Of a DNA stretch of 41,120 bases, positions 35,501-41,120 are shown in pieces. The stretch is taken from positions 100,163 through 141,282 of the IMG/VR virus record IMGVR_UViG_2788500025_000001; one strand, given 5' to 3'. The notes beneath the pieces are model-generated. The model worked only from the letters and a program-made list of their open reading frames with translations, was not told the DNA's origin and did no database searches. Source of the stretch: a virus. The position numbers were made by a program, and so were the translations under genes. Position 1 is the stretch's first letter. Every line of letters begins with the position of its first letter.

Positions 35501-38464
35501 ACAGCCTTCACCGACGACGACCACATCAAGCGCATCTACATGCTCACCATCGAAGGCAACACCATCTCTAACTCGTGGGGTCAGGGGATCTACTTCACCT
35601 GTGCAGCATCGGACACGACCACGACCGGCCTTATCGGTATGGACGCCATCACCGTAGCGGACAACGAGATCGACAGGCTTCTCTGGAACCAGGCTCAGGG
35701 CGCAGTCGGAATCGGCTTTGTCCTCGACGGAGGCACGAATGAGAGGATGAATACTGGATACCCAGCGTTCACCACTCCGGGCCTTCAGAACTTCTCGGTG
35801 CTCAGGAACCGTATCAGCCAGGTGGGTCGGGGCTTTGACCTGGGTGGTGACGACATCCTGTCCTGGGCCAACTTCACCATCGAGGACAACAACTGGTCTG
35901 GGAACGGATCTGCTCACCTCACCCCGACCACCGACTACCTCAACCGGGTGGCCCTCACCCTCAGCGATAACGCCAAGGAGATGACCCTTGAGAACTGGTC
36001 TATCTCCGGGAACAACTGCGCTATCGACCCTCAGAACCGGCAGTTGGATAACTGGCAGTTCCTGACGGAGAACGCCAATGTCTCGGTCCTTCGGGTCCAA
36101 GGCAACCAGATCAACGGGTCCGGGCTCGATGCCTCACCCAACGACCATGGGCGTGCTTTCTACTACCTCGGAAACAACCAGAAGAATGGGTTGGTGTCCA
36201 CCGACCACAAGGAGATCCACATCTCCGGGAACACCTTTGGAGGGGGGCTCTACTGGGAGGCCAGAAACTCCAGCCTCTACAGGATGGACATCCACGGGAA
36301 CCAGATCTCGGTTCCTGCCGCAGATGCCGACACCCCCACCCTGTCTCCCCTGGTCCTGTGGAACAACGGCTACGACGTTGATGGCCTCAACCTCCAGACA
36401 GTCCACGTCCGGGAGAATGCCCTGACGGGAGGGACACACAGTCTTCTCTTCATGGTTGACGACACCCAGGAGATCGAGGAGATCGCGATCTGCGGGAACG
36501 CCTTTCAGGACGCCCGTCTTCACGCGGTGTGGTTCGGCGTAGACCAGTCATCCGGGGTGTCGTACCACTCAGACGTCGTCAGGAACCTCCTGATCGACGG
36601 CAACATCATCGGCAACCACGGCGCAAACTCAACCAACCAAGCCACCGGCATCCGCTTCGCAGCGGGGCAGGCGGCCACACAGACGCTCGGGATCACGAAC
36701 AACCAGGTGTACAACCAGGACCTCCAGGCGATCACTTGCTTCTTCGGCGGCTCGGTTCCGGCCTTTGGGGGAGCCTACGACAGGAACATCACCATCGAGG
36801 ACAACAAGATAGACCTGTGTGGGTACACCGACGCCGCTCTCCCCTTGATCTCCCTGGAGGTGGACCCTGCGGCCAGCCTCGGGGCCAACGACGACATCAG
36901 TTCGGTCTCTGTCAGCGGCAACCAGATCAGCAACTGCGGGTGGTCCGATGGCAGCGTTGGCATCTACGCTGACTTCGCTGACTACGGAATCTGCTACGAC
37001 ATGCGAGTGGACGACAACACCCTGACCCAACCCTCGGGCAGCATCATCAACCCGAGTCGTTTCGGCTCGGGTGTCGAGTTGGACCTCCCCTCCGCACAGC
37101 GGCTCTCCGTGTCCCGCAACCAACTGCGGTGCAGCGGGTTCGCCGGGGGTGTGACTAAGGGCTTTGGGATCTTCCTCCAGTTTTACCGGGGCGTGGATCC
37201 GGGATCCACTGAACCTGGCATCTCTGGGATCGCCCTGGACGACAACATCATCAGCCTTGACGACGATTCTGATGGGGGCATCAACTGGGCGGTACTGGCG
37301 ACCGAGGACATGCAGATTCGGGACTTCAGCGTCTGCCGCAACCAGATCCGCGCCAGGACCGCCAACATAGTCAGCACCGGGATTCGGTTCGTCGGTGAGG
37401 ACGGAGCAGGGGACTACTCAGGCTACTTGCAGAACCTCCACATCAACGACAACCTCATCTCAAACTTGCGGACGGCGGTGGAGTTGCGCCAGTCCGAGTT
37501 GGACATGCTCCATGACGGACTTCTTCTACGGAACTGCGGGATGGACGGCAACAACGTCTATGAGTGCTCCATCCAGGGACTCGTCTGGAAGACAGGGGAT
37601 GTGAACGCCAACTCGGGCAACATTCATGGTTTCTCGGCAAGCCGGAACCAGGTGACGACGACTCGCCGTGGAGACCAGTCCGTCGCAGCAAACCCCCTGC
37701 TCGGCGTTTTCTTCGGTCGAGGGCTTTTGTCCGGCACCGGCTCGGTCAACATGCACTCGATCTCTGTCGATGAAAACCAGATTTACCTGGCCAACCCCGA
37801 CGACCAAGGCACTGAATGGACGGGCATTCATCTGCGACTGTCTGCGGTTAACAATGACGGCGGGGGGCCTGTCCCCAGCGGCATGACCACCATCAGTTGT
37901 GACAGGAACCACATCCGAAACACAGGCTACAACGCCATTGACTTTGAGATGCTGGGCTATACCGAGCAGAACGCTCAGGGTGACCTGACCAATGTCACCA
38001 AGGTCAAGAATGCCTCCTGCTCGGGCAACCTGATCATTGGCGGGACGGAGATGGTAACCAGCGTTCACCGGGGCCTTCTCCGAATCGATCTGGAGAACGC
38101 CGTCCTTCAACAGTTCACCCTCCAGGGGAACAACGTCGAAACCGTCTTTGTAGACGGTCTGGGCGAGGCTTTGGTGGTCGCCACCAACTACCTCCCCCCC
38201 AACCCTCCCGTGAACAATAACGACGACAACCAGTACTGGTCAGTGCAAAGCAACGTCATCACCCACGCACAGGACGGCAACGAGCATGTCATCGCAGTCA
38301 TGGACGCTGGAGGTGCTACGGGCTGGCACTACGGACCTCCAGTGCAGGGAATCGTCACGGGGAACCTCAACACCTCCGACACGAATGCTAACGACGACTT
38401 CAATGGTGCGTACTGGGCCTTCGGGGGGACCAGCATCCAGTCCAACAACCTCGTGATCCCGTAG
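32552..38464 (+). CDS. Giant right-handed parallel beta-helix protein (1970 aa); tailspike/depolymerase-like
   Basis: Dozens of [IV]xGNx[IV]/xxNNxI repeats from about aa 270 to the C-terminus; N-terminal anchor with VEGALQEL. Confidence 0.85.
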   Translation: MPRNVDPGTIRVGKGLAPEGTVEDNSLRYPERDADPLRVHIHDPSRAHMASSIGIVDELDCYVSDEVEGALQELCGNSAAGRLNGLIAGGTFSELGCLPNGTAGGVHATLTLCSPTEILMNGTVLDATGLTVSVPAANTVYFIYLDTQVSSPTYRELVATTGTPPQVEVGDPDTTTGPGSIENVMLAKVTMDAGGNVVSWQDARFFVRNLDRKVTYSSRQGENVDAWSEGCFANLQAFFFWAEYYGDGALPSSNEEEKGMVLIRGKHTILSTLNVPTDHLQFVGDGEAIIELTGNAAFDGVMVDDKKDITFRNITFLCNVASTGSKGIRSAGDFTDLTVEDCRFLSGTQNFSTALHLDAGGASNERITVRDCAIEAVDCGVNVDGFGSTSSWGALIENCSVDAQAVAVGSVGIQLGDNQTNGYGTVRGCFVSSFEVGIMVKDTGVTLIEGNTIRDTLSGIIYPSDSAVGHTVANNHITLGDNLTLHGIFFGIGHQSIVISGNYIRSLIDGGHPSEPYGISVQGRTASEKVNARIENNHVIGFYDATATIGHGIWVVGTDGVCEGVTITGNTLSRNNIAVESWMNGTITGNTVEANTPGMPPGPTVGGAIDLTNARSFTVSGNTVNARDVIRHGVYARVGKDLTVTGNTVTQPFVTGVLLDSGPNFGAIAGMENFTVSGNTVDALPDPANPSLPTADGIVISSTTDDGSPEIGVVDGNSVRRCRHGILLTGFAINVPIRDVTVSNNIVSECAKDQDTWDIFDFQDAGTYGIGCLYAKNIILSGNNIGSVGQVTLDTGAPLVPANNVFVQALFALNCSGVTAQGNTIRNSLPYGTGRANDIALLVGRLPSNVECINTKVEGNSIIINDSVDPGSHQGILAWADGTPAAATASFLDLSISDNTIHTVNGASGSGVGTGIHIVAQDEGAIEGARIEGNQVGNYLSTGIYVQTGDASPQGDSSMYRVGVRHNTLRSMGAAGPTAAIYVTAFTDDDHIKRIYMLTIEGNTISNSWGQGIYFTCAASDTTTTGLIGMDAITVADNEIDRLLWNQAQGAVGIGFVLDGGTNERMNTGYPAFTTPGLQNFSVLRNRISQVGRGFDLGGDDILSWANFTIEDNNWSGNGSAHLTPTTDYLNRVALTLSDNAKEMTLENWSISGNNCAIDPQNRQLDNWQFLTENANVSVLRVQGNQINGSGLDASPNDHGRAFYYLGNNQKNGLVSTDHKEIHISGNTFGGGLYWEARNSSLYRMDIHGNQISVPAADADTPTLSPLVLWNNGYDVDGLNLQTVHVRENALTGGTHSLLFMVDDTQEIEEIAICGNAFQDARLHAVWFGVDQSSGVSYHSDVVRNLLIDGNIIGNHGANSTNQATGIRFAAGQAATQTLGITNNQVYNQDLQAITCFFGGSVPAFGGAYDRNITIEDNKIDLCGYTDAALPLISLEVDPAASLGANDDISSVSVSGNQISNCGWSDGSVGIYADFADYGICYDMRVDDNTLTQPSGSIINPSRFGSGVELDLPSAQRLSVSRNQLRCSGFAGGVTKGFGIFLQFYRGVDPGSTEPGISGIALDDNIISLDDDSDGGINWAVLATEDMQIRDFSVCRNQIRARTANIVSTGIRFVGEDGAGDYSGYLQNLHINDNLISNLRTAVELRQSELDMLHDGLLLRNCGMDGNNVYECSIQGLVWKTGDVNANSGNIHGFSASRNQVTTTRRGDQSVAANPLLGVFFGRGLLSGTGSVNMHSISVDENQIYLANPDDQGTEWTGIHLRLSAVNNDGGGPVPSGMTTISCDRNHIRNTGYNAIDFEMLGYTEQNAQGDLTNVTKVKNASCSGNLIIGGTEMVTSVHRGLLRIDLENAVLQQFTLQGNNVETVFVDGLGEALVVATNYLPPNPPVNNNDDNQYWSVQSNVITHAQDGNEHVIAVMDAGGATGWHYGPPVQGIVTGNLNTSDTNANDDFNGAYWAFGGTSIQSNNLVIP

Positions 38465-38472
38465 GAGGACCC

Positions 38473-39435
38473 ATGCTGAACACACCCATCATCACATACG
38501 TTGGCAGATACGAGGATGCCGCTTCCATGGCGGCCCCAGCATCTGTGCTGTCCGCCCAGGGGTGGTTGTCCCACCGTGCGGGACTGGAAGCAGATGAGGA
38601 GATCACCCCCGCCGAGGCCCTGAGCCGCCGGAGCGCGGTGCTTGCTGCCATCGTGGCGAAGATCCCCGCTGGGATCACGCGAGTGCTGGACATTGGTTGC
38701 GGCAACGGTGACTTCGCCGCTGCCCTTCACGCGACCCGTCCTGAGGTGAACTACCGGGGCATAGACATCTCCATGGAGGCCATCGCCGCAGCCAACACAA
38801 ACCTGGAGACCTCCCCCGGAAACCTTCCTGCAAACGTCGAGTTGCAGACGGCAAACCTCACGGAGTACCTGCTTGCAGGGGTGGATGACTGGGACTTCAT
38901 CGTCTCCTCTCGCTGCGTCTTTCGGGAGACTCGCAGATCTGGCGACCGCGCCCTTCTCCGACTCATCGACAGCAAGGCTCCCAAGGGGTGGTTCATCTAC
39001 GGAACCCACTGGCGCATGCTCCGTCCCGATCTTCAGTACGTCATGCAGGAAGCGTTGACCAACAGCACCGACCCCACCGAGCACTACTTCAAGGGCGCTC
39101 AATCCTTTCTGAATGTCGATGCGGCGTTCGTCGGGTACGAGAAAGAGCACCCGGCCTACATCATCAGGGGGGCCTCCGTGGCTCCTGCGCTTGATCCCGG
39201 CAAGTACCAGAAGTTCGATGTGATGAAGAACGGCAAGTTTGAGGAGGCCCGCGCACAGGGGACCCTCAAGTACGACTCAGGCATGACGGAGTACAAGAGT
39301 GCTACGTTCGACGCCCAGGGGCAGTTCACGGGAGAGGTGGTCGTCGCCAAAGCCGGTGCTCCCGCGAAGGCCGAACTCGCGACCCTGGAGTCACAGAAGA
39401 CCAACCTTCAGAACCTCAAACAGATCGCGGGGTAG
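38473..39435 (+). CDS. Class I SAM-dependent methyltransferase domain protein
   Basis: VLDIGCGNG (motif I), YRGIDIS, WDFIVSS; SD AGGAGG. Confidence 0.8.
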   Translation: MLNTPIITYVGRYEDAASMAAPASVLSAQGWLSHRAGLEADEEITPAEALSRRSAVLAAIVAKIPAGITRVLDIGCGNGDFAAALHATRPEVNYRGIDISMEAIAAANTNLETSPGNLPANVELQTANLTEYLLAGVDDWDFIVSSRCVFRETRRSGDRALLRLIDSKAPKGWFIYGTHWRMLRPDLQYVMQEALTNSTDPTEHYFKGAQSFLNVDAAFVGYEKEHPAYIIRGASVAPALDPGKYQKFDVMKNGKFEEARAQGTLKYDSGMTEYKSATFDAQGQFTGEVVVAKAGAPAKAELATLESQKTNLQNLKQIAG

Positions 39436-39444
39436 GACATCAAC

Positions 39445-40620
39445 ATGAGAATCTTCACCGACATCGCCAGCCATGACACGACAGGGGTCGCTCCGGGCGG
39501 GCGTATCGTTCGTACCGACTCCACCCCCGTGCAAGGGGAGGAGACCCCGATCAACGGTCAGTGGGTCTTCCCCGTCCCCGAAGGCGCAGCACTGACGGTG
39601 GACTCGACCTCCTTCTGGTTCCCTCAGGAGGACCTCGACTCGATCCCCTCACGAACGGCATCCGAGTTGCTGATCCGCTACCCGATGTACGACCACATCA
39701 TCTACAACTTCTACCTCGACAACGGGGACACGGACGCCTTCGATCTGTCGAGCCCCACCCCGCAGCCAACAGTTGCGACCACGACCCCGCCGATGCCTAC
39801 CATCCTGGGGGCCAACGCGGTGCCGCGCTGCCAGTTGGGAGGCCCTACAGGCGCTCCCTCAGTCGGCATGGTTCCCAACTCCCTGGGTGTCCTGCCTCGG
39901 ACGGAAGGCCGCCCGAACAACCTTTTCGGCTCGCTCGTAACGGCGATGATTGACCTGTGGTACTTCAACCCCTGCTACATCGAGGTCAATGATCCGGTCA
40001 CCCTCAACCCCGGTGACATTGTATCCCTCGACGCCCTCCCTCTTGAGGCGATAGCAGGTGTTCGCGTTTCCGGCGCTGACAACTTCTCTCTGAGCAGCGG
40101 AACCGCTGCGGGCATCGCAGCGGACATCGTGGCTGCGATCAACGACCCGATCAACTCCTTCTCGACACTGGTGCTGGCGACGATTGACCCCACGGTCCCG
40201 AGCCGCATCCAACTGCGTCCCGTGCCTCCGACCAACACTCAGGTCACCGTCGTTGCTGCTGGTGGGGTCACCGGGTTCACCCTCGTCGAGTCCCACCCTG
40301 GCACCGACGAGGTGATGATGTGGTGGAAGGTCAACCGCATGACGGTGACCGAGGACCAGGGCAACACTCAGGCTACGACCCCGATTGGCAACACCCCAGC
40401 CATCAAGAGCCTTGTCGAGATCAATGAGGAAGACCCCGACCTGCTGGTTTACGCCAGCGTGGATGACGGAAACTCCTGGTATCGCATCCCCTACCTTGAG
40501 CCGATTGACTTGATCAACGCGGGCACCGAGTTGCGGGTAGCATTCATCAACCTCGGCACTGACAAGATCTATGTCGAGGGCTTCTGCGTCCTGTTCCCTG
40601 ACCTCTTGCCTCCGCTGTAG
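39445..40620 (+). CDS. Putative virion structural protein (391 aa)
   Basis: In the operon; carries the GADNF...AAGIAADIVAAIND..NS module shared with the 1196-aa protein. Confidence 0.7.
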   Translation: MRIFTDIASHDTTGVAPGGRIVRTDSTPVQGEETPINGQWVFPVPEGAALTVDSTSFWFPQEDLDSIPSRTASELLIRYPMYDHIIYNFYLDNGDTDAFDLSSPTPQPTVATTTPPMPTILGANAVPRCQLGGPTGAPSVGMVPNSLGVLPRTEGRPNNLFGSLVTAMIDLWYFNPCYIEVNDPVTLNPGDIVSLDALPLEAIAGVRVSGADNFSLSSGTAAGIAADIVAAINDPINSFSTLVLATIDPTVPSRIQLRPVPPTNTQVTVVAAGGVTGFTLVESHPGTDEVMMWWKVNRMTVTEDQGNTQATTPIGNTPAIKSLVEINEEDPDLLVYASVDDGNSWYRIPYLEPIDLINAGTELRVAFINLGTDKIYVEGFCVLFPDLLPPL

Positions 40621-40622
40621 TC

Positions 40623-40787
40623 ATGCACCACATCTCTATCCACGACCTGAAAGGCGATGAGCGCCGCCGCTGGGCAGAGGCTCGCAAGGCCGCCTATCGC
40701 AAGGTATTGCGGGATCGGGGGGCGTCTGAGCAGCAGCGCAGGGAAGCCCGAGCCAAGTTGAACGCCATCGACCGCCCTTCCCGGTAG
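40623..40787 (+). CDS. Small basic helical protein (54 aa)
   Basis: Not in track. MHHISIHDLKGDERRRWAEARKAAYRKVLRDRGASEQQRREARAKLNAIDRPSR; fills the gap after the previous stop. Confidence 0.55.
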   Translation: MHHISIHDLKGDERRRWAEARKAAYRKVLRDRGASEQQRREARAKLNAIDRPSR

Positions 40788-40796
40788 TCCGGCTAT
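40782..40796 (+). promoter_or_regulatory. Putative late promoter motif
   Basis: CGGTAGTCCGGCTAT upstream of ATG 40855. Confidence 0.65.
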
Positions 40797-40854
40797 CAGG
40801 TCCACCGGGGTAAGGGTGAGGCTTGCCTGATCCATCGCTTACGGAGACATAGAC

Positions 40855-41120
40855 ATGGCCCAAGACTTCGGAAACGGCGTGAGCCGCACACTGTCGGCCA
40901 TCCAGCGTCAGTTTCAGACGGTGGTTTGGCAGGCATCAAAGCCCCCGCTCGACTCCGAACTGAACCTGATGTCGCAGATGGAGATGAACCGCCTGGCCGA
41001 GGTGGTGCGTTCCCAGATGCACTCAGGGTTCCTGTTGGACCCGATGAACGCGGATGCGGACTTCGTGACCGGCAAGGACTGGTCAAACTGGTTCAAGTTG
41101 GGGCGTCCCTCCACCAACGA
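40855..41120 (+). CDS. Structural protein, partial; paralog of 28958-32548
   Basis: Not in track. SD GGAG; MAQDFGNGVSRTL...VVWQASKPPLDSELNLMSQ...HSGFL versus VSRYL...IYQSGKPVLDAELNLSQE...PSGWL. Confidence 0.8.
   Translation, partial: MAQDFGNGVSRTLSAIQRQFQTVVWQASKPPLDSELNLMSQMEMNRLAEVVRSQMHSGFLLDPMNADADFVTGKDWSNWFKLGRPSTN

Noticed and set aside
38473-39435. DNA methyltransferase explaining restriction-site avoidance
   Set aside because: Lacks N6/N4 (DPPY/NPPY) and C5 (PC) catalytic motifs.
1-41120. Stop-codon reassignment as in some jumbo phages
   Set aside because: TAA, TAG and TGA all end genes at sensible, tightly packed boundaries, and very long ORFs are intact under code 11.
1-41120. 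Chromosomal contractile injection system or tailocin locus rather than phage
   Set aside because: Capsid-cement-like proteins, many small phage-type ORFs, a dedicated promoter motif and no host housekeeping genes favour a large phage. Capsid, terminase and sheath genes are not in the window, so this is not fully excluded.

Overview
The window is a gene-dense, GC-rich segment of what is most likely a large (jumbo-type) tailed phage genome, dominated by late/virion genes. Structural candidates are an 891-aa fibre with a capsid-cement-like C-terminus, a baseplate/tail-collar-like protein, 283- and 1455-aa fibres sharing an N-terminal anchor, an 1813-aa Ig-rich protein, a 1196-aa protein with a paralog at the window end, and a 1970-aa beta-helix spike. 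Interspersed are a SAM methyltransferase, membrane proteins, a micro-lipoprotein and small ORFs missing from the ORF track. Three signals stand out. (1) A 15-nt motif C[G/A][G/A/T]T-N7-CTAT sits upstream of 12 gene starts, usually 26-41 nt away, and is a candidate phage late promoter. (2) Non-fibrous modular proteins (DUF4258-like, SWIM, WGR and protamine-like segments) are punctuated by a recurring R-V-A-x-R-[Y/F] peptide and [K/R]-x-A sites, suggesting a capsid-loading/processing code for injected cargo. (3) A separate island (DUF3228-like, HAD hydrolase) is driven from a 38-bp inverted repeat that looks like back-to-back promoters of another class. I saw no rRNA, tRNA, CRISPR array, integrase or transposase. 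All family assignments come from motif recognition by eye, not database searches.
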